Source: an uncultured bacterium (GTDB lineage Bacteria > Zixibacteria > MSB-5A5 > CAIYYT01). Taken from it: 63,966 nt of DNA. The notes under the pieces are model-generated. The model saw nothing but the letters and a program-made list of their open reading frames with translations, was not told the origin of the DNA and made no database searches. Every line of letters begins with the position of its first letter. The first letter of the stretch is position 1. Both the position numbers and the translations under genes were made by a program. Below, piece by piece: positions 47,005-56,481 of this stretch. The stretch covers positions 1-63,966 of the forward strand of contig CAIVAP010000112.1 of the NCBI GenBank assembly GCA_903903945.1, in the 5' to 3' direction.

Positions 47005-47101
47005 ATATTGCCTCTAACCGAATCTTAAAGCTCTATTTCACTGACCTGCTCGTCCTCGGGTGCCCCACCGCTTGCGGTGGGTCGATGCTCGATAGGTCAC
47101 A

Positions 47102-48955
47102 TCATGCCCTCTCCAGCGCCTGCGCCGGATAGATATTCATCGCGTTCATCCACTCTTTGAGTTTGCGGACACGGATGGCATCATCAGTTGGTAGGACAAA
47201 CGGTCTGCCACGACCGTCAAGAATGATACCAACCACGCCGCCGGAAACCTCGGTCTCTATCTTCGCGCCCGGTCCCGTGCCGACATCAAGCCTGCCGCCC
47301 GGTTCGAGAACGACTTTCGCATTGAGCGGTAACGCCGTTTTTTCGTCAAAGCCGAGCGGGAAGCATCTTAATTCGCCAAACATCAACTTGCCGTCTTCGA
47401 CCCGACCGTCGGGGAATTCCAGATGATACTTCAGCATTTCTTTGCCCTCCTTGGAATCGCCGGCCGGCGCCACACAGGTGCCGAGGTGAATAAGGCAGTC
47501 CTTATTGAATACTTCAGTCGCCGCCTGCGGGTGCACGGTGGAGAGCACGCCAAGCTGCGGCATCATAAAGATCGAATCTACCGACAGCCGCGTGATGCCT
47601 TCCGGCAGGAAAGCGTCGATCATCATTAGGGCCGACTGCTGGCGACGCGGCGCGTGTGATAGCACACCACCGGAGCCGATCAGCATATTGAGAGTCATCA
47701 TATTGACAAGGGTTCCACCCGATGATTTTTGGTCGAAGGCGTCGGCGATGGTCCTCTGTTGTTGCACGCCCTTGAGCACCGTCGCGAAACTCTTGTGCTG
47801 AATAAACGCCAGTCGCAAAGCTTCTTTGGCAATTGCCTGCTCGAAAATCAGCTCTTCCATAGACTGCGGAATCGTCGTCGGGCGAATCATCTTGTTCTTG
47901 ACGCGGTTACGCAGATCACGTTCTTCCATGTGAAAAGGGACCCAACGCATAACGTTGGGGAGACCCGCTTCGGCAAACACATTTGACACCGAGTAGCTCA
48001 TACCCAGGTTCGCCGATACCGTTCGGTTGAACACGCCCTGAAACACGGAAAAGACGTCGGTCGTGGCGCCGCCGATATCGACACCGACCACTTCGATGCC
48101 TTCGATTTCCGAGATCGTCTTAATGATCAAGCCCACCGCACCCGGCGTAGGCATAATTGGCGTATCGGTCCAGCCCATCAGTTTGCGATAACCCGGCGCC
48201 TGCGCCATTACGTGTTCCAAAAACAGATCGTGGATCGCTTCGCGCGCCGGCAGCAGGTTTTCTCTTTCGAGCACGGGGCGCAGATTGTCGGTAATAATCA
48301 AATCGACTTTCTCTTTCAACGAGTCGGAGACAGCGTTGCGGGCTTCGATGTTTCCGGCATAGATCACCGGCAGCTTGTAGCTCGATCCGAGTCGGGGTCT
48401 GGGGTCGGCAGCGGCGATCAACTCGGCGAGTTCAACGACATGGGTCGTCGTGCCGCCATCAATGCCGCCGGAGAGCAGGATCATGTCCGGGCGCAAATGC
48501 CGAATTCTCTCGATCTGCTGATAGGGTTTACGCTTGTCGTTGGAGGCAATAACGTCCATCACGATCGCTCCCGCACCCAGCGCGGCACGCTCGGCGGATT
48601 CGGCGGTCATGGAACGCACCACTCCGGCGACCATCATTTGCAGACCGCCACCGGCGGACGAGGTGGAGATGTAAATGTCAGTCCCGATTTTCTGGCCGTC
48701 CTTGGAGCGCGGGGAAATTATTTTCTCGTTTTCGTCCAAAAGCTTCCTTCCAGAAAGCTCCTCGACCTCGCCGACCGCATTGAGCACCCCCATGGTCACA
48801 TCCTCGAACGGTGCTTCGACGGTTGTGGGAGCTTCACCACGTACGATCAGTCGGTATTGCCCGTCCCGTTTCTCTATCAGAATCGCCTTGGTTGTGGTTG
48901 AACCGCAATCGGTTGCCAGAATTACTTCGATATCTTCCGGTTTTATTTCAGCCAT
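47102..48955 (-). CDS. GlmL/MutL-family (glutamate mutase L-like) actin-fold ATPase
   Basis: 617 aa with two ASKHA phosphate motifs (ILATDCGSTTTKAIL and VVGVDIGGATTDVF). The family assignment is from memory of PF13941-type proteins. Confidence 0.7.
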   Translation of the reverse strand: MAEIKPEDIEVILATDCGSTTTKAILIEKRDGQYRLIVRGEAPTTVEAPFEDVTMGVLNAVGEVEELSGRKLLDENEKIISPRSKDGQKIGTDIYISTSSAGGGLQMMVAGVVRSMTAESAERAALGAGAIVMDVIASNDKRKPYQQIERIRHLRPDMILLSGGIDGGTTTHVVELAELIAAADPRPRLGSSYKLPVIYAGNIEARNAVSDSLKEKVDLIITDNLRPVLERENLLPAREAIHDLFLEHVMAQAPGYRKLMGWTDTPIMPTPGAVGLIIKTISEIEGIEVVGVDIGGATTDVFSVFQGVFNRTVSANLGMSYSVSNVFAEAGLPNVMRWVPFHMEERDLRNRVKNKMIRPTTIPQSMEELIFEQAIAKEALRLAFIQHKSFATVLKGVQQQRTIADAFDQKSSGGTLVNMMTLNMLIGSGGVLSHAPRRQQSALMMIDAFLPEGITRLSVDSIFMMPQLGVLSTVHPQAATEVFNKDCLIHLGTCVAPAGDSKEGKEMLKYHLEFPDGRVEDGKLMFGELRCFPLGFDEKTALPLNAKVVLEPGGRLDVGTGPGAKIETEVSGGVVGIILDGRGRPFVLPTDDAIRVRKLKEWMNAMNIYPAQALERA

Positions 48956-49034
48956 GGAACCCTATCCTCTATTCTCTATAGACAACAATCATCCTCTTAG
49001 AGCTGGCCTGTAGACCCGCTAAATATGAACCCTT

Positions 49035-49063
49035 AGTATAATCCCCGGACGGGAGGATGTCAA
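49035..49063 (-). promoter_or_regulatory. Sigma70-like promoter (TTGACA-N17-TATACT) for the GlmL-like operon
   Basis: The -35 is at 49063-49058 and the -10 at 49040-49035 on the minus strand. The predicted leader to ATG 48955 is about 70 nt. Confidence 0.5.
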
Positions 49064-49550
49064 CGGGAACCTCCCGTGTGAAAGTTTCCCCGAAAAAAAG
49101 TGAATATGTCACTTTGATTTCCCCGTCACGTTCGCTACATTTATTCCGGCCTCCTGTTGCCCCCCAAAAAGCTTTGTGTCTGGCGAGAAATCAAAGCTTC
49201 AACAGTGAGGCCTTCTTTATGCTTACCAAATCAACTCAAGAATCTCCCCATTCTTCCCAAAAAACACCAATTCCACTTGGCAAAATACTTATCGGCTTGT
49301 AGCCTCGCCCCTGCAACAACTCCGGCTCAGGTCTTGAGGAAAGTCCTTGAACCTCACTTATACTCTGGTCTCGTCGGAAATAACCCCGAAACAGGGCAGG
49401 GGTAGTCTGGTTTATTCTTGACGGCAAAAACGCGACTATTTTTGCTTTGGACGCAGAAGCGCGGTTGATAGTTCTTGATAACTGCCTGATGAGAGATCAT
49501 GCGAAAGCGAAGGCCTTTGTGTATACTGCAATTGGGAAAGGGTTTCAATT

Positions 49551-49790
49551 ATGGACCAACCAACTATTGCCGACAAAAAGTCAATCAAACTCGAACTGGA
49601 GCCGGGGACCTACCGGTGGTGCCGTTGCGGTAGGTCGAAGACGCAGCCATTCTGCGACGGTTCGCACGAGGGGACATCATTCGCACCGTTGGAGTTTGCA
49701 ATCGAGGAGCGGAAACTACGCTCGTACTGTCAGTGCAAGCACACGGCGACCCCGCCGTTTTGCGACGGCACGCACAAGACGTTGCCATAA
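49551..49790 (+). CDS. CDGSH iron-sulfur domain protein (two CDGSH motifs)
   Basis: 79 aa containing [16 protein letters not shown] and [16 protein letters not shown]. Confidence 0.88.
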   Translation: MDQPTIADKKSIKLELEPGTYRWCRCGRSKTQPFCDGSHEGTSFAPLEFAIEERKLRSYCQCKHTATPPFCDGTHKTLP

Positions 49791-49840
49791 AACACCGTAT
49801 CTGGGCGGGGTGACGTCACCTTCAATCGAGCAAAATAAAA

Positions 49841-49865
49841 CCGGCAGCGTTGTTGACGCAGCCGG
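49841..49865. terminator. Candidate bidirectional terminator hairpin between the CDGSH gene and glgP
   Basis: Stem ccggcagcgt/acgcagccgg with one A-A mismatch and a 5-nt loop. It is flanked by aaaataaaa on the left and a T-rich tcgttgcttttgg on the right. Confidence 0.5.
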
Positions 49866-49897
49866 TCGTTGCTTTTGGAGATGCTGATCTTGTCGGT

Positions 49898-52474
49898 CTA
49901 TAGATCGCCTTCCGCCCAAGTGATCAGCCGCATTTCATGCGGATGCACCAGACTGCGATGTCCCGGCAAGACTCTGACAGAATAGCCAAGTCGACCACTG
50001 GAGGAAATCGGCGTCGTACAGCAGTAGTTATAGATGCCGGCATGGGGATTGCCATCAGCAGTCATCTCCACCGAAGTCGGATTGACAATGTCGCCAGATG
50101 GTGACAGTTTGCCCATGTAAAGCTCCACCGCCACGTCGTTGGGAGTCAATTCTCCGATAAAGATTTTTGCCTCGATCTGCATCTGTTCGTTGACATTAAT
50201 TTTTGACGGCGACTTGGAGACCAGTTCCAGCATACGCACATCAGCCCACTTGTCGACAAGATGCTTGTACCAACTCGCCAACGATTTGACCTCGGCAAAA
50301 CCCTGGTGACGAAGAATCAGATTTTGTCGATAGGCGTTGACATAGAACTTTTCGGCATACTCCTGCACCATGCGGTTGGAATTGAACATCGGCGCTAATG
50401 TCTTGATCGAACTCTTCATCTTCGCCACCCAACCGCGCGGGATTCCATCGCGACCGCGGTCGTAAAATAGCGGTACGATTTCCTTTTCCAGCGTATCATA
50501 CAGTGCATTGGCCTCGACTTCGTCCTGATAGTCAAGGTTGTCATATTCTTCGCCCAGACCGATAGCCCAACCGGTGTTGACGTTGTAACCTTCGCACCAC
50601 CAACCGTCGAGCACGCTGAAGTTCATTCCCCCGTTGAAGATCACCTTCATCCCGCTGGTGCCGGAGGCTTCCATCGGTCGGCGCGGCGTATTGAGCCACA
50701 CATCCACGCCCTGCACCAGATTACGCGCCACGGCCAGATCGTAGTTTTCCAAGAAGACCAGATGGTCTCTAAGTTGGGGGTCACGGGCGAGATGGACGAT
50801 CGTTTTGATCAGTTCCTTGCCGAAATTGTCGCGCGGGTGGGCTTTACCGGCAAAGATCAGTTGCACGGGGCGATCGGCATGGTTGAGAATCCGCTTGAGA
50901 CGCTCCACGTCGCGGAAAATCAAGGTTCCGCGTTTGTAGGACGCAAACCTCCGCGCAAAACCGATTGTCAGATAGCCCGAATTGAGCACTTCCGTCACGC
51001 GTTTGATGTCACTGGGAGTAGCGCCGCGACGCTGATATTGTTCTTTTAGCCGGCCACGGGCAAAGGAGATCATCTTCTCGCGTCTGATTTCGTGAGTCCG
51101 CCAGAGCTCGCTATCAATAATGTCATCTACGTTCGACCAGAAAGAGTGATTGGCCGATTCTTCCAGCCATCCGGTTCCCAGGTAGCGATCATAAAGCTCG
51201 CACATCTCGGCGGAAATCCACGAGCGCGTATGCACGCCGTTGGTGATGGAAGCAAGCGGGATTTCTTCAAACGGTACCTTAGGCCAGGACGCCTGCCACA
51301 TGCGACGAGATACTTCCGCGTGCAATTTGGAGACGCCATTGATATAGGACGAAAAATTCATGGCCAAATGCGCCATATTGAATTCGGTCGTGTTTTCGCG
51401 TTCGTTTTGTTGACCCAGCGAAGAGAACTCACCGAAACTCAGACCCAGTCTGGGCAGATAGCTCCGGAAGTATTTCTCCACCAGTTCGCGCGGGAAACGG
51501 TCAATGCCGGCCTGTACCGGTGTATGTGTCGTAAAAACGGTTGTTTGTCTTACTAAGAGCGACGCTTCACGGAACGTGAGGCCGTCCTTCTCCATGTGGC
51601 GACGTACGCGGTCGATCGCTAGAAACGCCGAATGGCCTTCGTTCATGTGAAAGACAGACGGCGCAATTCCCATCTCTTCAAGAGCGGTCACTCCGCCGAT
51701 ACCGAGCACCATTTCCTGCCGGATTCTGGTGTCGTTGTCACCGCCGTACAAGTGGGCGGTGATGTCGCGATCTTCACCGGAGTTCTGAGGAACATTGGTA
51801 TCGAGCAAATAGAGAGGCGTTCGCCCGACTTGCAGCTTCCAAACCTTGATCCAAACCTTGCGACCCGGAAAATCGATACTGACCATGAGTGGTTGACCGT
51901 TCCGGTCGTTTGCCTCGGTTACGGGCAGCGATGAAAAATCAAATTCGGGATAGTATTCCTGTTGCCAGCCATCGGCGTTGAGATACTGCTGGAAATAACC
52001 GCGCTGATAAAGCAGTCCGATTCCGACCAAAGGCAGTCCCAGATCGCTGGCCGATTTGAGATGGTCGCCCGCCAACACACCAAGACCGCCGGAATAGATC
52101 GGGAGACATTCGGTGATTCCGAATTCCGCCGAGAAGTAGGCGATTTCCGGCTGCTCAGATTGAAAGTGCTGTTCATTAAACCAGTTACTGTTGTGCTGAT
52201 AGACCACCAGATCGCGGTAGACGCTTTCCAGATGCGCCCGGAAACTGAGGTCATTTTCGAGTTTCTCCAGTTTGTCCTGCGGAATCTGCGCCAGGACTTT
52301 GATCGGATTGTGACCGGTCTCTTCCCAGAGTTTGCTATCGATCCGCCGGAAGAGGCGAATCGCTTCCTGATTCCAGCACCACCAGAGATTGAGAGCGATT
52401 TCCTTGAGCGATTTCAGCCCGTCGGGCAGAATCGGCTCGACCTGTACATATCTTAATGCTTTAACCATAGTCAT
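49898..52474 (-). CDS. glgP: Alpha-glucan (glycogen/maltodextrin) phosphorylase, GT35
   Basis: 858 aa. Contains the PLP-lysine motif EASGTSGMKV and an N-terminal extension typical of the alpha-glucan-family phosphorylases. Confidence 0.9.
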   Translation of the reverse strand: MTMVKALRYVQVEPILPDGLKSLKEIALNLWWCWNQEAIRLFRRIDSKLWEETGHNPIKVLAQIPQDKLEKLENDLSFRAHLESVYRDLVVYQHNSNWFNEQHFQSEQPEIAYFSAEFGITECLPIYSGGLGVLAGDHLKSASDLGLPLVGIGLLYQRGYFQQYLNADGWQQEYYPEFDFSSLPVTEANDRNGQPLMVSIDFPGRKVWIKVWKLQVGRTPLYLLDTNVPQNSGEDRDITAHLYGGDNDTRIRQEMVLGIGGVTALEEMGIAPSVFHMNEGHSAFLAIDRVRRHMEKDGLTFREASLLVRQTTVFTTHTPVQAGIDRFPRELVEKYFRSYLPRLGLSFGEFSSLGQQNERENTTEFNMAHLAMNFSSYINGVSKLHAEVSRRMWQASWPKVPFEEIPLASITNGVHTRSWISAEMCELYDRYLGTGWLEESANHSFWSNVDDIIDSELWRTHEIRREKMISFARGRLKEQYQRRGATPSDIKRVTEVLNSGYLTIGFARRFASYKRGTLIFRDVERLKRILNHADRPVQLIFAGKAHPRDNFGKELIKTIVHLARDPQLRDHLVFLENYDLAVARNLVQGVDVWLNTPRRPMEASGTSGMKVIFNGGMNFSVLDGWWCEGYNVNTGWAIGLGEEYDNLDYQDEVEANALYDTLEKEIVPLFYDRGRDGIPRGWVAKMKSSIKTLAPMFNSNRMVQEYAEKFYVNAYRQNLILRHQGFAEVKSLASWYKHLVDKWADVRMLELVSKSPSKINVNEQMQIEAKIFIGELTPNDVAVELYMGKLSPSGDIVNPTSVEMTADGNPHAGIYNYCCTTPISSSGRLGYSVRVLPGHRSLVHPHEMRLITWAEGDL

Positions 52475-52712
52475 TCCTTAATCTTATCGACAGACCGGAA
52501 CATTTCCTTACCGCATCTCGACCCGTCCGGAGATTTAGGGAATTTATGCGCGTGCGCAGTTAAATCCACCTCTTTTTTCGTATTCCCAATCACGATACGG
52601 CGACCGCTTGTCCCCGGATAGGTGAATATGGTCTGTATGAATCTTTGTTTACCACATTTGGTCGGGTCGCACGTACAACCTATATGATTTTGAAATGGAT
52701 GGATGAGGCGAA

Positions 52713-54179
52713 ATGAAACGACCAAAGACACTGAGCGAATTGAAAGCATCCGGCTACCGGAGTCGCTCCACCAAGACAGAGCTGCGTGAGAATCTGATCG
52801 AGCAAATCAGAGCCGGCAAGAGCCGCTGGCCGGGCATTATCGGTTATGAACGCACGGTGCTGCCGCTCTTGGAGAACGCGATCCTTTCCCAGCACGACAT
52901 CCTGCTTCTGGGTCTGCGCGGACAAGCCAAAACCCGCATCCTGCGACATCTCGTCAATTTCCTGGACGAGTTTCTGCCGGTGATCAAGGGGAGTCCGCTT
53001 AATGAAGACCCTTACCGGCCGATCACTTCACGCAGCAAGCGACTGCTGGTTGAGGCCGGTGACGAGTTGCCGATTGACTGGCTGCCGCGTGAGTTGCGCT
53101 ATAGCGAGAAGCTGGCTACGCCCGATGTATCGGTGGCCGATCTGATCGGTGATCTCGACCCGATCAAAGCCGTACGCGAGAAGCTTGATCTGTCCGACGA
53201 AGAAGTCATCCACTGGGGCATCGTGCCACGCACGAATCGCGGTATCTTTGCGATCAACGAGCTTCCGGACTTGCAGCCCCGAATTCAGGTGGCGCTGCTC
53301 AATATCCTCGAGGAGAATGATTTTCAGATCAGAGGGTTCCCGATTCGGGTACCGTTGGATATGATGTTGGCATTTACCGCCAATCCCGAGGACTACACCA
53401 ATCGCGGAAACATCATTACGCCACTGAAGGATCGTATCGCGTCGCAGATCAACACGCATTATCCCAGCAGCGTCGAGATTGCCAAGGCGATCACCAAGCA
53501 GGAAGCATGGACCGACCGATCGGCTGAGATAGAGATACCGGAGTTGATCCGGGATATCATCGAGCAGATAGCATTTGAAGCCCGTTCCAGTGAGCATGTC
53601 GATCAGGGCTCCGGCGTGTCGGCACGATTGACGATCTCGGCATACGAAAATCTGCTTTCGAACATCGAGCGACGCGCGGCAGTCAACAAAGACAACGACT
53701 ACTACCCGCGCATTTGCGACTTGTATGCAGTGCTGTCGTCGATCGTCGGCAAGGTAGAATTGGTTTATGAGGGGGAACTGGAAGGCCCGTCGATCGTGGC
53801 GGTCAATTTGATTGGCGAGGCAACCAAAAAGGCCTTTGCACAATACTTCCCGGCGCCGCGCAAGCCCAAGGGCCACGCTGCCGAAAACCAGCGCCGGCAG
53901 GAAAATGTCTATGAGCCGATCATTGATTTCTTTGCTTCCGGCAGGCGATTGGAACTCTCGGACGAACTCCCCTACGGTGAATACAAGGCCGCGCTTTCGC
54001 AGATCGTGGGGCTGCGCGAGATCGCACATCGATATTTCAAACCGAAAAGCGAGCGCGAAACCTTTCTGGCAATGGAATTCGTGCTGGAAGGATTACACCG
54101 GCACAACATTATCGCCAAGGAATCGCCCGACAACAAGTTTGTCTACATCGATATGCTGGAGAACATCCTGAAGGACTAA
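52713..54179 (+). CDS. BchI/ChlI-like AAA+ ATPase of unknown function
   Basis: 488 aa. Walker-A-like LLLGLRGQAKTRIL, with Ala where Gly is expected before Lys. Walker-B-like GIFAINELPDL. It is followed 1 nt later by a VWA gene. Confidence 0.7.
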   Translation: MKRPKTLSELKASGYRSRSTKTELRENLIEQIRAGKSRWPGIIGYERTVLPLLENAILSQHDILLLGLRGQAKTRILRHLVNFLDEFLPVIKGSPLNEDPYRPITSRSKRLLVEAGDELPIDWLPRELRYSEKLATPDVSVADLIGDLDPIKAVREKLDLSDEEVIHWGIVPRTNRGIFAINELPDLQPRIQVALLNILEENDFQIRGFPIRVPLDMMLAFTANPEDYTNRGNIITPLKDRIASQINTHYPSSVEIAKAITKQEAWTDRSAEIEIPELIRDIIEQIAFEARSSEHVDQGSGVSARLTISAYENLLSNIERRAAVNKDNDYYPRICDLYAVLSSIVGKVELVYEGELEGPSIVAVNLIGEATKKAFAQYFPAPRKPKGHAAENQRRQENVYEPIIDFFASGRRLELSDELPYGEYKAALSQIVGLREIAHRYFKPKSERETFLAMEFVLEGLHRHNIIAKESPDNKFVYIDMLENILKD

Positions 54180-54180
54180 G

Positions 54181-55272
54181 ATGAGACTGTTTTACTCGCG
54201 CTGGGAAGACTCGCTGTTTCAACAGCTCAGGCAAATGCATGACTTGATGCAGATTTTCAACCACATTTTGCTGCAGGTCAATGGCGACGTCAAAACGGCT
54301 CTCAAGATCATGAATCAGCTCAAGAAAATGGGCTATTTGCCCAAGGAGACTGATCTGGATGAGTTCCGCAGGCAGCTTGAGGGCAACAAGATCATCGCGA
54401 CCGACAAGAGCGGTGTCAACCTGACCCGCAAAGGTGAGCGCGCCTTGCGACAAGACTCCTTCGACAGAGTCTTCAAGCAACTCAAGTCCTCAAGCGCGGG
54501 CAATCATGCTATCGACAAGGAGGGCGGAATCTCGGAAGAGGCTCTTCCCGAAAGGCGGAGCTACAACTTCGGCGATAACCTGCGAAACATCGATTTCACA
54601 AACTCGCTATTTAACACGATAGCACGCACCGGTTCGCTGTCGCTGGACATGACGGAGGATGATCTCGAAGTCTACGAGACTGAGCAGGTGACCAACTGCG
54701 CCACCGTGATGCTAATCGACATCTCGCATTCGATGATTCTGTATGGCGAGGACCGCATCACGCCCGCCAAACAAGTGGCGCTGGCGTTTACGGAAATGAT
54801 TCTCACTCGATTCCGCAAGGATGAGCTTGATATTGTGCTGTTCGGCGATTTCGCACAGCGCGTGCAGATCAAGGATCTGCCCTATATTGGAGTTGGGCCG
54901 TATCATACCAACACCAAGGCCGGTCTGCAAATGGCGCGGCAAATACTCCTGAAAAAGCGCAGCGCGAACAAACAGATTTTTATGATTACTGATGGTAAGC
55001 CGTCGATGATCACCCGCGGTGACGGCAGCTATTACAGGAACCCCTTCGGCCTCGATCCGATCGTTGTTAACCGCACGTTGGATGAGGCAATTATCTGCCG
55101 CAAAAAGCGAATTCCGATCACGACATTTATGATCGCTGATGATCCATATCTGAGAAGATTCGTACAGACGCTGACCGAGCTTAACCGCGGACGCGCCTAT
55201 TTTGCCTCGCCGTCAAATCTGGGCGAATATGTCTTCTGGGATTTCCTCAAGCACCGTCGCAAAGCGGCGTAA
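54181..55272 (+). CDS. von Willebrand factor A (VWA) domain protein
   Basis: 363 aa with MIDAS motif DISHS ([10 protein letters not shown]) and a downstream ITDGKPS. Confidence 0.78.
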   Translation: MRLFYSRWEDSLFQQLRQMHDLMQIFNHILLQVNGDVKTALKIMNQLKKMGYLPKETDLDEFRRQLEGNKIIATDKSGVNLTRKGERALRQDSFDRVFKQLKSSSAGNHAIDKEGGISEEALPERRSYNFGDNLRNIDFTNSLFNTIARTGSLSLDMTEDDLEVYETEQVTNCATVMLIDISHSMILYGEDRITPAKQVALAFTEMILTRFRKDELDIVLFGDFAQRVQIKDLPYIGVGPYHTNTKAGLQMARQILLKKRSANKQIFMITDGKPSMITRGDGSYYRNPFGLDPIVVNRTLDEAIICRKKRIPITTFMIADDPYLRRFVQTLTELNRGRAYFASPSNLGEYVFWDFLKHRRKAA

Positions 55273-55374
55273 GGACAATCCGTCAACTATCGACCACCGC
55301 CTTTCTGATCCTGCTCACAAAAGAACCCCCGGATCAAGCGACCCGGAGGTTAGAATTGTGCTTGGAAGAAACTG

Positions 55375-56472
55375 TCAGTCTTGTCGGCCGGCGACAAGAG
55401 CGCTCGATCCTGCAGGATGAGCTTTGAGATACACAATTGAGTTCTTGATCAGCGCGACCTCATACTTGAAATTGTGCACTCCCTCCGAACGATCATCCTC
55501 AAGTATTAGGAAGTTATAGACCGCTCCGGCTGCACCAGTGGCGACTCTCTTATTGGTGGGTAGGGATGACGCCGAGTCAAGATATCCGTCTGCAATGAGA
55601 AGAGTCTTCAACGTGTCAAGGAGTCCAAGAAATTCGGTCTGTACTCCACTAATGGTGCCGTCGCCATCATAATCGGCTTTCGCCTTGAAGTTATATGATT
55701 TGGCGGATGGATGGCAGTCACTTGCCCTGGCGCACCCTGCGGAAAGATCGCTCCCGGTCGCCTCATCGACCATGTTGAAGCTGTGCCCGCCGATCTTGTA
55801 TCCATCATGAGTAAGAGGGTTGCCCTTGTGGCAATCGATACAACCGTCGGCAAACAGGGTACGATGCGGCGAGCTCTCATAAGCGACGGTCGGGCTTGAA
55901 TACTGATAGCCATTTGTGCCCTCGAACAGATCGCCCTGCGGACCGTGGTGCGGCCCCCAGCGAGTGGAAATACTATCCGTTGGTGAGGCAATACTCGCCG
56001 CTGACATTCTGGAGTGATGACAATTGGCGCAAAGGTTGCCTGCGCCGTGGTCAAACACGGTCGCATTTAACAGAGCGAAGGGCGCTTCCGTGCGCAGGTT
56101 CAAATTACCATTCGTGTGTGGAGCGTGGCAGGTGAAACAGTGAATGGCACTGACTGTAGAGTAGGGAGCGCTCACTGCGCCGGTATTCAAGAATTCGATG
56201 AATCCCTGCTGGCTGTGGCAGCGAGTGCAATCATTGCCGCCACCGCGATTGGTATAGTCAATATTGGTGCCCGAAGCGTGTACCGAATTCTGCCATTCGC
56301 CCTGTGCTTCAAGAATTGCGCCTCCAAAGCTTTCCTCGCCGTGGCACGCAAAGCAACCTGTCAGTTGCTGGTTATCATTGCTGACCTGGTTGACAACCTT
56401 GCGTTCGCATCCCGCAATGACCGCGAGCATCGCAATCAGAGCGATAATGCTCAGGACACGTAGTACCCTCAT
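55375..56472 (-). CDS. Lipoprotein multihaem c-type cytochrome (5 CxxCH); candidate surface component of the porin-cytochrome cluster
   Basis: 365 aa with lipobox LAVIAG-C. Haem motifs are CFACH, CTRCH, CFTCH, CANCH and CIDCH. It starts 9 nt downstream of the barrel gene. Confidence 0.8.
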   Translation of the reverse strand: MRVLRVLSIIALIAMLAVIAGCERKVVNQVSNDNQQLTGCFACHGEESFGGAILEAQGEWQNSVHASGTNIDYTNRGGGNDCTRCHSQQGFIEFLNTGAVSAPYSTVSAIHCFTCHAPHTNGNLNLRTEAPFALLNATVFDHGAGNLCANCHHSRMSAASIASPTDSISTRWGPHHGPQGDLFEGTNGYQYSSPTVAYESSPHRTLFADGCIDCHKGNPLTHDGYKIGGHSFNMVDEATGSDLSAGCARASDCHPSAKSYNFKAKADYDGDGTISGVQTEFLGLLDTLKTLLIADGYLDSASSLPTNKRVATGAAGAVYNFLILEDDRSEGVHNFKYEVALIKNSIVYLKAHPAGSSALVAGRQD

Positions 56473-56481
56473 AATACCTCC

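Noticed and set aside
49336-49346. GAGGAAAGTCC, the hallmark P4-region motif of bacterial RNase P RNA, followed about 50 nt later by ACAGGGCAGGGG, which recalls the RNase P AGGGCAGGG segment.
   Set aside because: The motif is followed by TTGAAC, not GGGC. I find no complementary P4 3'-strand (ACAGAAnnCGGCTTA type) downstream. A roughly 350-nt RNA starting here would run through the clearly real CDGSH gene at 49551. I treat it as a chance match, though an Infernal scan would settle it.
55303-55320. Third TTGTGA-N6-TCACAA-like site (ttctgatcctgctcacaa, 11/12 match).
   Set aside because: It lies between two convergent gene ends (VWA gene stop and outer cytochrome stop), where no promoter is expected. 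I keep it only as a caveat that one-mismatch copies can arise by chance.
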